In this document: one piece after another, positions 1 to 13,134 of the stretch
How the letters are laid out: each line of letters opens with the position of its first letter
Numbering within the stretch: position 1 is the stretch's first letter
Source: Mustelus asterias
Lineage: Eukaryota
Direction of reading: 5' to 3'
DNA: 64,000 nucleotides
Assembly: GCF_964213995.1 (NCBI RefSeq)
Contig: NC_135810.1
Coordinates: forward strand, 56,730,001 to 56,794,000
Notes under the pieces: model-generated
Told to the model about the DNA's origin: nothing
Database searches by the model: none
The model's input: only the letters and a program-made list of their open reading frames with translations
Position numbers and translations under genes: made by a program

Positions 1-99
1 GTAGCGGTCGTGAGTTTACAAGGTGCTGTGGAAGAAGCCTTGGTGAGTAGGCTGCATCGCGTAGTTGGTACACACTGTGCCACCCTGCATTGATGGTAG

Positions 100-1460
100 A
101 AGGTGACCGTCATCCCAGTACCAAAGAAAAGCCAGGCAGTGTGCTTTAATGACTATCGTCCGGTGGCACTGGCATTGATCATCAAGAAGTGCTTCAAAAG
201 GTTAGTCATGGCACAGATCAATTCTGGCCTCCCAGATTGCCGGGATCCACTATAGTTTGCCTATCGCCGCAACAGGTCCACAGCTGATGCCATCTCCCTG
301 ACTCTACACTCAACCCTGGAACACCGAGATAACAAAAAACACCAATGTCAGACTCCTATTTATTGACTACAGTTCAGAATTCAACACCATTATTCTTAGA
401 AAACTCATCTCCAAACTCCATGGCCTGGGGCTCGGCTCCTCCCTCTGCAACTGGATCCGAGACTTCCTAACCCACAAACCGCAAGCAGTAAGGATAGGCC
501 ACAGCACCTCCTCCATGATCATCCTCAACACCGGTGCCCACAAGGCTGTGTTCTCAGCCCCTTACAGTACTCCTCATACACCTATGATTGTGTGGCCAGA
601 TTCCCCTCCAACTCAATTTTCAAGTTTGCTGATGAGACCACTGTACTGGATCGGATCTCAAACAATGATGAGATGGAGTACAGAAAAGAAATAGAGAATC
701 TGGTGAACTGATGCGACAACAATAATCTCTCCCTCAACAAAATGAAGGAGATAGTCATCGACTTCAGGAAGTGTAGTGGAGGACATGCCCCTGTCAACAT
801 CAACAGGGACGAGTGGAAATGGTCAATAGCTTCACGCTTCTAGGTGTCCAGATCACCAACAACCTGTCCTGGTCTCTCCATGCCGATGCTATAATTAAGA
901 AAGTCCACCAACGCCTTTCTCAGGAGGCTAAGAAAATGGCAGAATAGCATGTCAGCTAAGGAAATGGCAGCTACGATTCTCACCAACTTCTACAGATGCA
1001 TCATAGAAAGCATTTTTTCTGGTTGCATCACATCTTGGTATGGCTCCTGCTCTGTCCAAGACCGCAAGAAACTACAAAGGGCCATGAACGAAGCCCAGTC
1101 CATCACGGAAATCAGCCTCCCATCCATTGACTCTGTTTACACTCCCTGCTGCCTCGGAAAAACAGCCAATGTAATCAAGGACTCCATGCACCCGGACATT
1201 CTCTCTTCCATCTTCTTCCATCAGGAAAAGATACAAAAGTCTGAGGACATGTACTAACCAACTCAAGAACTGCTTCTTCCCTGCTGCCATCAGACTTTTG
1301 AATGGACCTGCCTGGCATTAAGCTGATCTTTCTCTACACCCTAGTTATTGATGACTGTAACACGACATTTTGCATTTTCTCCTTTCCTTCCCGATGTACT
1401 GTATGCTTTGTCTTCACTGTATACATAATACATGTGACAATAATAAATCAAATCAAATCA
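100..1460 (+). mobile_element. Rex1/Babar non-LTR retrotransposon, 5'-truncated, degraded RT
   Basis: Reads [20 protein letters not shown]...DPL*FAYRRNRSTADAI...LFIDYSSEFNTI...GAPQGCVLSP...KFADET with stops and frameshifts; ends in AATAAATCAAATCAAATCAA tail. Confidence 0.85.
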
Positions 1461-1849
1461 AGGAGTAAATGGTTATTGTAGTGAAGAGAAGAACTAGATC
1501 CTGCAATGTCTCTTTCCTGATTGGACTGGAAACATGATGAAGACGCTATGGAAACTTTTTCCTTCCTCTGCCTTTACATTACTATTCCATGGTACAGTCC
1601 AATATTGGCAGTCCCCATTATTGCCACTATATATATATATATATGTTGTCCATTAAGTTTTTTAATTCGTTTAACTTGGTCCCAAATTCACCTGTCAGAT
1701 AAGCGCAATTTCTCTATGGCTCAGAAATTTCTGCACCGTTGGTGCCGAATCTTAATTCACATAAACAGACAGTAATTTCACGAATAGACTGTGGATAAAT
1801 ACAAATGATTTAGAGAAAGTCGCCAATGACTCCACTTATCAAAACATTG

Positions 1850-2262
1850 TGATTGAGTAACTATGGTAACCAGACCACTGCCCTCCCTCCCCCCGGCAGC
1901 GCCATGAGACCAGGTTCCCGCCCCGGTCGCAGACGGAAAGGATACGAGTATGAAGCGGGCCGCTGCATCTGCATCCTGGAGGCTGCCTCAGCGCCGCTTC
2001 CCCGCCGGCTCAGGCTGTCCTCAGCCGGGCAGCGTCCTCCAGCCTGATCGATGTCCGTCCGCTCGGCTGATGGCGGCGATACCAACACACCATTTTTATT
2101 GCTCAGCACCTCAGAGGACAGCGGTTACCGGCGCTGAATCTCTGCGGGAAAGGAGAGGGAGAGCGGAGTGTCCCCGCTGCCCGGCCCTGGCCCCGCACCA
2201 GCCTCGCCATCTTAACAACCCAGAGACGCGGCTTCCCTAGCAACGGCCGAGTCTGCGCACTT
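1850..2262. promoter_or_regulatory. CpG island / probable promoter with two RFX X-box motifs
   Basis: CpG-dense, GC-rich unique sequence in a CpG-poor background; GTAACTATGGTAAC at 1857-1870 and GCTTCCCTAGCAAC at 2231-2244; GC box CCCGCCCC near 1917. Confidence 0.6.
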
Positions 2263-3165
2263 ACTCCCAGCAGCAGCTCACTGCAATGCACTCACTCATT
2301 CCCAGCAGCAGCAGCTCACTGCAATGCACTCACTCATTCCCAGCAGCAGCAGCTCACTGCAATGCACTCACTCACTCCCAGCAGCAGCAGCTCACTGCAA
2401 TGCACTCACTCACTCCCAGCACAGCTCACTGCAATGCACTCACTCACTCCCAGCAGCAGCAGCTCACTGCAATGCACTCACTCACTCCCAGCACAGCTCA
2501 CTGCAATGCACTCACTCACTCCCAGCACAGCTCACTGCAATGCACTCACTCACTCCCAGCAGCAGCAGCTCACTGCAATGCATTCACTCACTCCCAGCAC
2601 AGCTCACTGCAATGCACTCACGCACTCCCAGCAGCAGCTCATTGCAATGCACTCACTCACTCCCAGCAGCAGCAGCTCACTGCAATGCACTCACTGACCC
2701 CCTCAGCAGCAACAGCAGCTCACTGCAATGCACTCACTCACTCCCAGCAGCAGCAACTCACTGCAATGCACTCACTCACTCTCAGCAGCAGCAGCTCACT
2801 GCAATGCACTCACTCCCAGCAACAGCTCACTGCAATGCACTCACTTCCAGCAGCAGCTCACTGCAATGCACTCACTCAATCCCAGCAGCAGCTCACTGCA
2901 ATGCACTCACTCACTCCCAGCAGCAGCTCACTGCAATGCACTCACTCACTCCCAGCAGCAGCTCACTGCAATGCACTCACTCAATCCCAGCACAGCTCAT
3001 TGCAATGCACTCACTCAATCCTAGCACAGCTCACTGCAATACACTCACCCACTTGCAGCAGCTCATTGCAATGCACTCACTCACTCCAGCACGGCTCACT
3101 GCAATGCACTCAAATTCCCCTAGCAGCAGCAGCAGCTCCGAGAGGCAGCAGCTCACTGCAATGGT
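2262..3165. repeat. Minisatellite, ~31-38 bp unit CAGC(AGC)nTCACTGCAATGCACTCACTCACTCC
   Basis: Roughly two dozen visible tandem copies; unit length varies through AGC and CACT sub-repeats; degenerates toward 3.1 kb. Confidence 0.95.
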
Positions 3166-3399
3166 CATCCTGACATTCACAGGACCTCATCCATGGGAGA
3201 AATTGGGATGGAGCAGTGATTTTCCACTCACTGCAATGGTCACCCCAACACCCAGAGCAATTGGGATGGAGCAGTGACTTTCCAGCTGCCACCTTTCCAC
3301 CATTTATTTGCACATGTAGCCATATGTGACAAATTGCCCTGAATGTCACCCTGATGCAGGGCGTAGTATTCGTCCATCCAAAATAGGCCGACAGATATC

Positions 3400-3550
3400 A
3401 TCATAGAATCCTTACAGTGCAGAAGGAGGCCATTTGGCCCATCGAGACTGCACCAACCACAATCCCACCCAGTCTCTATCCCCGTAACCCCACGTATTTA
3501 CCCTGCTAATCCCCCGACACTAATGGGCAATTTAGCATGGTCAATCAACC
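3400..3550 (-). mobile_element. HE1-type SINE 3' fragment (CR1-derived tail)
   Basis: ATCATAGAATCCTTACAGTGCAGAAGGAGGCCAT... matches the tail of the full copies at 11986, 47398 and 51549. Confidence 0.8.
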
Positions 3551-3694
3551 ATATGATAACCTCAGTGCGGTAGTTTCCATCTCTTCCCTCCAGCTCACAC
3601 CCTATCTTAACTTTGCCTAGCTGACTGCATGCCAGCAGTGGGAAGGTGCCTCCACCAGTGCTATTTAAAGCAATGACCAACAAGTATGTTATCA

Positions 3695-4345
3695 GTAAAA
3701 TACTGCAGATCTGGAATCTGAAAGAAGAAGGCAGGATGTTGGAAAAACTCAGTAGGTCTGCCAGCATCTATCAGGAGAAAAACAGAGGTAACGTTTTGAG
3801 TCCATAGACTCTTGGTCAGGAATTAAAGAAGGGAGAATGTAGAAACTGCAACAAAAAGTAGCAACGTTAAGAACAAAAGACAGATGGCCTGGAGTGAGAG
3901 GAGGAGGGGGGGTTTGCATTGAAGCAATATATGTATGGAATATTTAAAAAATGAAAGGGGGGTTAAGATGAAGGAGAAAAATAAAAATCTAAAGTTTTCA
4001 AACTCAACATTGAGTCTGGGGGGCTGCAACATGTCCTACCGGAAGATGAGATGCTGCTCCTCCAGTTTGCAACGGGCCTCACAGGAGCATAGCAGCAGTC
4101 CAAGGACAGACATGTGAGCATGAGAGCAAGATGCCGAGTTAAAATGGTACAGGGCAGGGTCATGCCTGCAGACAGAGTGAAGGTGTTCCACAAAATGGTC
4201 ATCCTGTCTGCATTCAGTCTCCCCAGTGTAGAGGAGACCACATTGGGAGCAATGAATACAATAAACCAAATTGAAGGGAGTGCAAGTGAAATGCTGCTTA
4301 ACCTGAAAGGAGGGTTTGGGGCCTTGAATGGTGGAAATTCACAAC
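3695..4345 (-). mobile_element. Penelope-like element 3' part (GIY-YIG endonuclease remnant + terminal repeat)
   Basis: ORF 4036-4269 VYCIHCSQCGLLYTGET...EH...HFN...HAHM...CKLEEQHLIF is a GIY-YIG-type endonuclease; degenerate hammerhead core at ~3788-3822. Confidence 0.8.
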
Positions 4346-5779
4346 TTGCTTTTGGCCGCTGTTAGGAATTTGGAAGTTAACAACGAACTTGAGATGAAAA
4401 CAAAAATAACAGACAAGCAATATGATTACCAGGCATCGAGAGGAATATTGAGATGTGGTTTGCCCAGTAACAAGATTAGCTGGCGTCTAGAGAAATTGAG
4501 GTGTGAATTGCCATATCAGAAACATTATTTATCAGAGATCAGTGGGGCTATACAAAATTGATAACTTCTAAAGACACGATATTTGAGAGATCAACAGCCA
4601 AATCCACAGGAGGACATTTTAATGCAGCTGAACAGTATATCTCCTAGCACCCTCTTTAGGAAAAGGGGTGAGTTTTCCATCTAACAGACAGGCCAAAGTC
4701 TTCAGAGAGGCCAGTTCCATCTGTGATCAGAGCCTGGAGGCCTGTCCCATCTAACATTGAGAGCCATGGTAAATTGCAGATATTCTGCTCCAAGGTGCAG
4801 TTTTGTATCTTCGCTGAACCAGGAGATGTTTTTCCAGACTTTATCTAAGCTGTATTGTATGGTGACTATGAGCTAGATTTGACTTATTGAGTTGCTAACA
4901 TGGATGTTTAGGAAAAGGGTTGGCTTAATGAGTTCTGGTAAAACAGTGTATTTACTTATTAATTTACTTAATGTCATATCATATATTAGCCTTTCTTGTT
5001 GTATTTTTTCTTTCACTTTAATAAATATTATTTTATTAATTGTTTACACAACAACTGGACTGGTTCCTCACATTATTACAAACAAATATACACCACTAAG
5101 AACTAATGTTTCAAGTTATCCTTCAGGGTTTTGAGACACTCGCAGGTGACATCAGAGGGGTTCTTACCACTGCCAGAAAGTTTGGTTCACTATAGAACCT
5201 TTGTTTATTTGATATGAAATGCACCATCCAGATGAGGAGAATCATAGAATTGTTATAGCTCGTCCTCTCATTCCCCCACCTTTTCCCCATAGTTTTCCAG
5301 CATTTTTTACATTTTATTTTCAGCTAATTATCCAATTTGCTTATTAAAAGCCATTGTTGAATCTGCCACCACCTGTCTGTTAGATGGAAAACTAGCCCCT
5401 TTTCCTAAAGAGGGTGCTAGGAGATATACTGTTCAGCTGCATTAAAATGTCCTCCTGTGGATTTGACTGTTGATCTCTCAAATATCGTGTCTTTAGAAGT
5501 TATCAAGTCTGCAGCACATTCCAGATCCTAATCAATCACTGTGTAAAAAAGCATTTCTTCATGTTTTCTCTGTAGTATATATTAAAGAACACATCTTGTG
5601 CCAAAGCTGTGGTCTGTAATAATAAAGCAGCTCTGCACTGTTCGCTGGCTGCACTCAGCAGTATGGTCCTGATTTAGCATGTTGATTTAGCTAATTAAAA
5701 GCAGTCTGCATCTCTTTAAAGGGGAGGTGCATATGACTCCTGGATGTGATATCAGGATGTTAATAACTTTTGAAAATGT

Positions 5780-6010
5780 TTTCAAGATGTCTGAACCTTT
5801 GAGAGAGAATGCACCAAGGTTTTGTGATAGTACAATGCAGGCCTTGGTGTAAGACATGGAGAGGAGGAGAGATCTCTTGTATCTTTACCAGCCAGATGAA
5901 GAAAGGGAAGACAGTGAGACATTGGCACTCAATCTTACACATGCAGTCACTAGTTCCAAGATTGACACTAATTGATTGGATGGAGGAGGATTTAACAGGT
6001 GGTGAGATAT
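5780..6010 (+). mobile_element. Harbinger Myb/SANT-like ORF remnant
   Basis: MSEPLRENAPRFCDSTMQALV*DMERRRDLLY resembles the APRFS...LV...RR..LY start of Harbinger Myb-like proteins. Confidence 0.55.
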
Positions 6011-6954
6011 CAGGCACAAGTGTGTGGGAGCCAGGGTGGTGGGGCAAAGGATAGCAGGATTAGAGAAGCTCACTATAGAGCAGCACACGCTGCAAAGTAT
6101 TCAAATGAGGTTTACAGGAAAAAACTGATGGGAGTAAATGTCAAAATCAGGCTTGGGGGGCGGGGGCGGGGGGGGGAACAACACATTTCAAAACTTTTCT
6201 TAATCAAGGGGCTGATGAACAAATTTCAGAAAGATAAATTTTAGCACATTAAACATGAATTTCAAAAGAATCTGCTGGGCAAAAAAAGAGTAACACATAA
6301 AGATGAGAATTAAAGTATAATAGCATGAGAGAATTTGTTTCCAGCACACTTCCATGCGAAGGGTGCTCACTCAGTCACCCTCACCCACAGGTCAGAATTT
6401 TCCAGCCCTTTCTGCTGATTTGAATAGAGATTTCAATGGCTTACTGGCCCCACCCTGGATTCTCCTAGTTCCAAAATGGCAGTCATGGTTTTCAAATCAG
6501 TGTTTCACACAGATTCACATGATTATACTGGTTTTCTGCATGCTGATCATTAGGCTTATGTGCGCAACCAAGATGGCGTCACGCACGCTTCCCATCAGAA
6601 ATGTGTACACGCATCTTGGGCCCCATTTTTAGGTCTTATTCAGCCGCTTAGCACTTAAAACATGCAGCCTCATTAACTCCCAAGATATCTGATATTAAAG
6701 GAAGTGAGGTTCCAACCCAGATTGTAGTTGATAGAAGGAGGCTAGGATGGTGTGAAGAGGTGCAAAATCAGAGATGAATAAGGGTAAGAACCTCAGATTC
6801 AAAATGCTAAGATGCAGGGAGCCACTGGAGCTTGGAAAAAGAGCTCACGAAAATTTCTTGGAAGGAGACCTTTTTAAAAGAGATAGATTGCAGGGTTCGA
6901 AAAGCTCCTGACTCAACCTTACTGTCTTCTCCATGAAATTCTGTCCATTAAGTC

Positions 6955-7400
6955 CAACAGCAAAGAAGTTATGGTGAACCGTTACAAAACACTGGTTCAG
7001 CCTCAGCTGGAGTATTATATCTAATTCTGGGCACTGCATGGACGTGAAGACTTGAGAAAGGGTTCAGAAAAGATTTATGAGAATGGTTCCAGGAATAAAC
7101 AACTTCAGTTATGTGGATAGATTGGAGAAGGTCGAGACGAGGAATTCAAAATCATAAGTGATCTATACAGAGTAGATAGAAATTGTTCCCATTGGCAGAG
7201 AGGTCTAGAGCCAGGGGAAGTCAACTTGAGATTGGCAAAAGAGCCACAAGCAGCATAATGATTTTTTTTTTACACAGTGAATGGCTAGGATCTGGGATGC
7301 ACTGCCTCAGAATGTGATGGAGTTGGAACCAAACATGGATTTCAAAAGGTAATTGGATAAGCACCTGAAGAGAAAACAAATTGCAGGCCTTATAGGGAAA
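6955..7400 (+). mobile_element. CR1 LINE 3' fragment (old)
   Basis: YKTLVQPQLEY..FWA...RVQKRFMRMVPG; FTVNG..WDALP similar to other CR1 3' ends in the window. Confidence 0.7.
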
Positions 7401-7679
7401 CAGTGGGCTGTAACCATTCACCAATTCTATAATATTTCCCACTGCCACGTGTTCATTCTCCACCTTCCCTCTTATGGCCTGTTGTACTTACCAGTTAGCC
7501 AAGAGCTGGAGAGCGCTTGGTTGTACGTCACTGAGGCAAAGCTTTGCTCCATCCTGTGTAAGCTGGCCTAAACCAGCATACACTGAGTTCCCTGTTATGT
7601 CTTATTCTCCATGCAGATGGGCACTTTTTCCATCGGAGGTGATCATCAGTGCAAATGCCAGAGACATCATGGCACTACA

Positions 7680-8995
7680 AACATATAAACTAGAACCAGG
7701 AGTAGGCCACTTGGCCCTTCAAGTCTGCTCTGCCATTCGATAAGATCATGGCTGATCTGATTGTAACCTCAACTCCACATATATGCATACCCCAAATCAC
7801 CTCTCACCCCCTTGCTTATCAAGAATCTATCTAGCTTTTCTTTGAAAATATTCAGAGACTCTGCTTCCACTGCCTTTTGAGAAAGAGAGTTCCAAAGACT
7901 AATGACTCTCAGAAAAAAAAATTCTCATCTTTGTCTTAAGTGGGCAATCCCTTATTTTAAAAGTGACCCCCAGTTCGAGGTTCTCCAACAAGAGGAAACA
8001 TAATTTCCACATGCATTGTCAATATCTCTCAGTCAACTGGATGGATGGGGCCTAAAAATGCCAGGAGCCTCAATCTGATTTAAATAATAGGCCTCCACAC
8101 CTCCCTCCACAAGCATCGGCGCAGTCCCTCCCTCACAAAGGCAATGGTGCACTCACCCCTCCACCACACATAAGGGGAACTCCACCCAGTGGGGCTCCCC
8201 AGAGGGCCAGCCCCAGCACTGTCCCCGGCACAGTCTCTGGCAGTGCCAGCAGGCAATGCCAGAGTGCTGGGGGCAGTGCCCATGTCCCTCACCTCCTGGG
8301 GCTATTCTTACCTGTGCGTCTCTGGCATGGTCATCACAACTAGTTTTCATTTTTAAAAATCAGTAATGATTTGCGCCGACTTGACATTATGCCAGCTGGG
8401 TGGGACAGCACGGAGAGGGCGAGCTTTGCAGCAGCAAGCCCTAAAACTAGATTTAAAGTTATGTTAAAATGTGCTAATCAAGCTCCTACCCTTCCTGAAT
8501 GTGAAACTGATTGCATCACAGGAGGGCGGCTGGGAAGGTTTTATTCTGAGAACTCACTGGCACAAATCACATTTTAGGTTTCCTGTGAGATTTGATGATT
8601 AAATTAAGTTAATTAAAATGATTTGCACCCATGGTTAATAAGGCTGTTAGATCACAGCCTCACCAATGCCTTGATAACTGAAATATAACTTCCTTACTTT
8701 TGTATTCAATTTCCCTTGTGATAAATGATAACATTCTATTAGCTTTCCTCATTTCTTGCTGTACTTGCATAGTACTTTTTGAGATTTATGCTCTGGGATA
8801 CCCAGATCCCTCTGCATCTCAGAGCTCTCTAATCTCCTGTTTAGATAATATGCTTCTTTTTTTATTCTTCCTGCCAAAATGGTCAATTTCACATGTTCCG
8901 TCATTATACTCCATTTGCCTGCTCACTTAACCTATCTATATTCCCTTGTTGCCTCCTTATGTCCGCTTCACAACTTACTTTCCTACCCAACTTTG
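7680..8995 (-). mobile_element. CR1 LINE 3' fragment interrupted by a non-autonomous DNA transposon piece (~8030-8630)
   Basis: CR1 3' UTR-type sequence (GGAGTAGGCC...TAAGATCATGGCTGATC) resumes at ~8640; the insert shares GC-rich motifs with the elements at 13508 and 16142. Confidence 0.6.
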
Positions 8996-9727
8996 TGTTA
9001 GTGTTGGACTTCTCCAATCTCGCTCCAATTTGCTTCTGGAAATGCTTACATTTTCCATTGCAATTCCATAAGTTCCCTCCTCATAGGTTCAGTATTTACA
9101 TCCAGCTGGGCAGAGATCAGGGCGATGATCTGGATTCGGGTGGTGACCAAGGAGAAATAAAAATTTTCAACATTTGGTTGGGATCCTATGCATTAAGATC
9201 ACATTGGGATGGAGAATTTTCAGGATCTTTGGGTATTAGGATGGAGATTGGGGAAAGATTTGCACCTTTGGGAATTGGATCATGAAGGTTGGGAAGCATT
9301 CAGAATTTTGATTAGCTCAACTGGATGTGAGCAGACTGAAGTTGTTTGCTTTTTACTTTAACACTTGGACAGTGGCTCTGTGGAGTTAAAATTCTCTCCT
9401 TACTTTGTATTCCATTGCTAACATGCTATTTTAATTTTTCCCGGTTTTGATCTGGCCAACTTTTTAAGGCCTCACTGCTTCTGTTCTGTTCACATTTAAA
9501 TCTTAAATGTTTAAATTCTCCCTGTCACCAGTGTAAACCAGTATCTCACAATGCCAATTGTTAGACTGTTAAAGTCTGTTCTAGATATTCTTGAGTATAA
9601 CAGTGCTAATTAATCTTACATTGCTGAGTGTCTTCTATAGAAGCATTTATCCAGACTGCCTTTTATCAAAATTATGCAATTGCATATTCAGGAGAATAAT
9701 GCCCCCTTATATTCAGAAATAGATACT

Positions 9728-10319
9728 GGGCACGATCTCACCCACTCGCCGCACTGGTTGACCAGCATAGTGAACCGGAAAGATAGCGTGCGAGACCAAA
9801 TATCCAATTCACTATTGCTATCTTCCTGACCCTTTTTTGCCAGTCAGAACGGCTTTGCGCCCAAAAAGGGAACGAAGCCTATTAGCATAGGATTGACTAT
9901 ATTTAAATGTAGTTAGTGAGTCTGGCACGTCTGCTTCCGCCCTCACGGCTACCTCCCCCTCCCTGGCGAGACATCATGCTGGCGAGAATCACTACTGCGA
10001 CCCGTGTTGGTGTGGGGGTAGCAATGCTGCCAATATTGGGGAGGGTGGTCCAATGTCCGTGGGGGTGGGAGGAGATCTCCCGGTTCACTGTCAGTTCGGG
10101 ACACCCTGCACGATGGCGCCCCAGCGTTCTGAAGCCAACTTCACCGGCATATTTAGGCTCCATCCCCCCCACCACCAACACAAAGTTCCCAGCTGTCAAA
10201 AACATAGAGGGAAAGTACTAGAAGGTTGCAGTGCCGAGCTTTCCGAAAAGACTGACGTGGAGGACTCCCATTTTCATGCTGTTATAATACTTAAGATTTT
10301 AGAGGGGAAAATTCTGCCC
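9728..10319. mobile_element. Non-autonomous DNA transposon (Harbinger-type MITE)
   Basis: Termini GGGCACGATCTC... and ...GAAAATTCTGCCC; CpG-richer interior. Confidence 0.5.
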
Positions 10320-11985
10320 ATCATCTTTGACACATGCTCTCATCCATTTTCTCAATCTTTCTGACAGCAGATTGAGGAACAGTGAGGTGAGGCCAGGTAT
10401 GACTCATTATGCTGATTTAGACAGCAAATGCACATAGAGAGCGACAAAGCAAATTTCATATGCTTCACTCCCACTTTAAAAAATTTAAAACAAAACACAT
10501 ACAAGTCCTTTCATGAGCCAGGTGCCTTGCTTTTGCCATTGTTTCTAAACAACTTCTAACTGCAAACATGACCATCCGCATTTAGATCTGCCAGGCTAAA
10601 GGTTATCCCTTGCAATTGCAGTCCTTTTTCAAAAGTTGATTGCATTCAGAATATAAGTTTTCGCCTTGTCAGTTCTAACCCTTGGAAAGTGGCTCTGACA
10701 TCTTCCTTATGTAAAAACTTTCAAGCAGCCCTGTTAACTAAACTGACAATACTTCTTCCAACTGAATAGCTTGCCAGGCCATTTCAGAGGGTAAAGTTAA
10801 TCCCATCACTGTAAATCTGAAGTCACTTATTGGCCAGACCAAATAATGGTGGAAGATCCCCTTCCCTAATGGTTATTAGTGTAATAGAGGCCTTTACAGC
10901 AGCCCAGTAGTTTCATGATTACCATTAATAATGCTAGCTTTTTATTCCTGTTTTAATTTAATTAGTTCAATTTAAATTCTCTAGCTACTGTGGTGAGACT
11001 TGAACTTGTCTTCAAATTATTTGTCCAGGCCTCTGTAATATTCGTCCAGGAACATAACCAAGTGGTTATCAGCCAGAATGGCTATTAGAATACGTAGTTC
11101 ACACCCCAGATACAAAGTCATATTTTATTTGATAAAGCTGTAATAAACAAAACAATTCATGTAACAACTAAAGTACAATTTATAAAATTTAAACTATCAA
11201 ATAAGATTAAAACTGATGATATACTATGAATAAAGGGCAAAATTACTCATCAAGGTTACACTAATCATGTCCTTTTAAAGCAGTGCAAGCACAGTTAAGG
11301 GTACATCATGGGATGTTGCTTCTATATCCCAATTCCTATGTTTAATTTTAGTGTATTCAGAAGTTGTTCCAGTCTTCCAAAAAAAAACCCTGAGTAGAAG
11401 GGGCAGCTCACAAGTCTGAACATATTCATGCAAAAAAATGGCTGCTTATATAATGCACATTTTGTAAGGAATTCACAGTATCACATCTTTTCGTAGCTTT
11501 GCTAATATGTCTGAAACAATTTCATCTCGAAACAAACTAAAACTTTTAAATTAAAACATTATGATATGGGATATAATGTGATTCATGTATGGACTGGTGC
11601 ACTCACTTTGCTCGCTGCAATGATATCAATACTAGGCAATCAAATTGAGCAAATTTAACAGACTAGCCAAGCAGCAGTATAACAATAACAGCTGCACTTG
11701 TTAAAAAAATGTGGATGTGCATAGATAGGTTTACAAATGAAATACAAAAGTACAAATGAAAGTACACAAAAGTTGCAAGATTTGTGGTCAATAGTTCGAT
11801 ATAAAAAGGACAAAAATAAATTAGATTTAGAAGGTCCCAAAGCACCAAAAGCTGTGAATATTAAACTCATTTATACAAAAGCAAAGTATTGGGGATGCTG
11901 GAAATCTGATATTAAAAAATAAAATGCTGGGGGAAAAAATCAGCATGTCTGGCAGTATCAGTGGAGCGATAGGATTTATAGGATC

Positions 11986-12300
11986 ATCATAGAATCCTAC
12001 AGTGCAGAAGGAGGCCATTCAGCCCATTGAGTCTGCACCAACCACAATCCCACCCAGATCCTCCCCACATCCCCATGCATTTACCCTAGCTAGTTTCCCT
12101 GACACTAAGGGGCAATTTAGCATGGCCAGTACACCTAACCCGCACATCTTTGGACTGTGGGAGGAAACCAGAGCACCCGGAGGAAACCCACGCAAACACA
12201 GGGAGAACGTGCAAACTCCGCACAGACAGTGACCCAAGCTGGGAATCGAACCCAGGTCCCCGGCACTATGAGCAACAGTGCTAACCACTGTGCCACCCAC
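11986..12300 (-). mobile_element. HE1-type V-SINE, near full length
   Basis: tRNA-like head (GGTTAGCAC...GGTTCGATTCC), V core TGTGCGGAGTTTGCACGTTCTCCC...CCTCCCACAGTCCAAAG, CR1-like tail; sits inside a Penelope terminal fragment. Confidence 0.9.
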
Positions 12301-12848
12301 GGTGATTATGTTGTGATCTTTCATCAGAACAACTGTTTCTCTCTCCATTGATAGTGTTAAACCTGTTGAGTATTTCCAGCATTTTCCTGTTTTCATATTA
12401 ATCATTTGTCTCTGACTAAACCTTCTACTTGAAAGTTAAGTAACCCACTAAGTTGTTCTATTCATATCATTATTATAAACCAGAATATGCATTAGCACAC
12501 AATGTTATTGTCCTTTAATATTTTTGATGTAATTCTCTAATTGGTTAAAAAAAGATGAACGTCTCCTCAACCTCTGGAGAGGGAGTCAATGCCCATATTA
12601 AATTTACAATCCAACTAAAGTAATAAGTGAATAAGTTGAAATGATCAGTTTATATTCCTAAAGATATGGAACTAATGAAATATGCAATAAAAAAAGCAAA
12701 ATGTCCAATCAACAGGCCTAAAGAAAATACAGTTGAACCAATGCCAAATGAACTGTCTGTAGAAAACATGAAAAGTTTAACAGCCTCAATAAGTATTATA
12801 GATTTAAGGGCATGCATTGCAGCAGAGAATCTAATCAGTGTTAGATAG

Positions 12849-13125
12849 TGGGGCGGCATGGTAGCACAGTCGTTAGCACTGCAGCCTCACAGTGCCAGGG
12901 ACCTGGGTTCGAATCCCAGCTTGGGTCACGGTGTGGAGTTTGCACATTCTCCCCGTGTCTGTGTGGGTTTCCTCCGGGTGCTCCGGTTTCCTCCCACAGT
13001 CTGAAAGATGTGCTGGTTAGGTGCATTGACCCGAACAGGCACCGGAATGTGGCAACTCAGGGAATTTCACAGTAACTTTATTGCAGTGTTAATGTAAGCC
13101 TTACATTAACTAATAAATTAACTTT
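12849..13125 (+). mobile_element. V-SINE with alternative (non-CR1) tail
   Basis: Same head and core as HE1, but the tail is CCGAACAGGC...CACAGTAACTT.ATTGCAGTGTTAATGTAAGCC...AATAAA. Confidence 0.85.
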
Positions 13126-13134
13126 AAAACTTTT

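Noticed and set aside
2262-3165. CRISPR-like array
   Set aside because: Units are contiguous with no unique spacers; eukaryotic minisatellite
2286-3277. 295-aa and 317-aa ORFs
   Set aside because: Artefacts of a stop-free tandem repeat open in several frames; no sign of a real protein
12849-12925. tRNA genes (also at 20330, 47660, 50790)
   Set aside because: These are tRNA-derived SINE heads followed by the V core, not complete tRNAs
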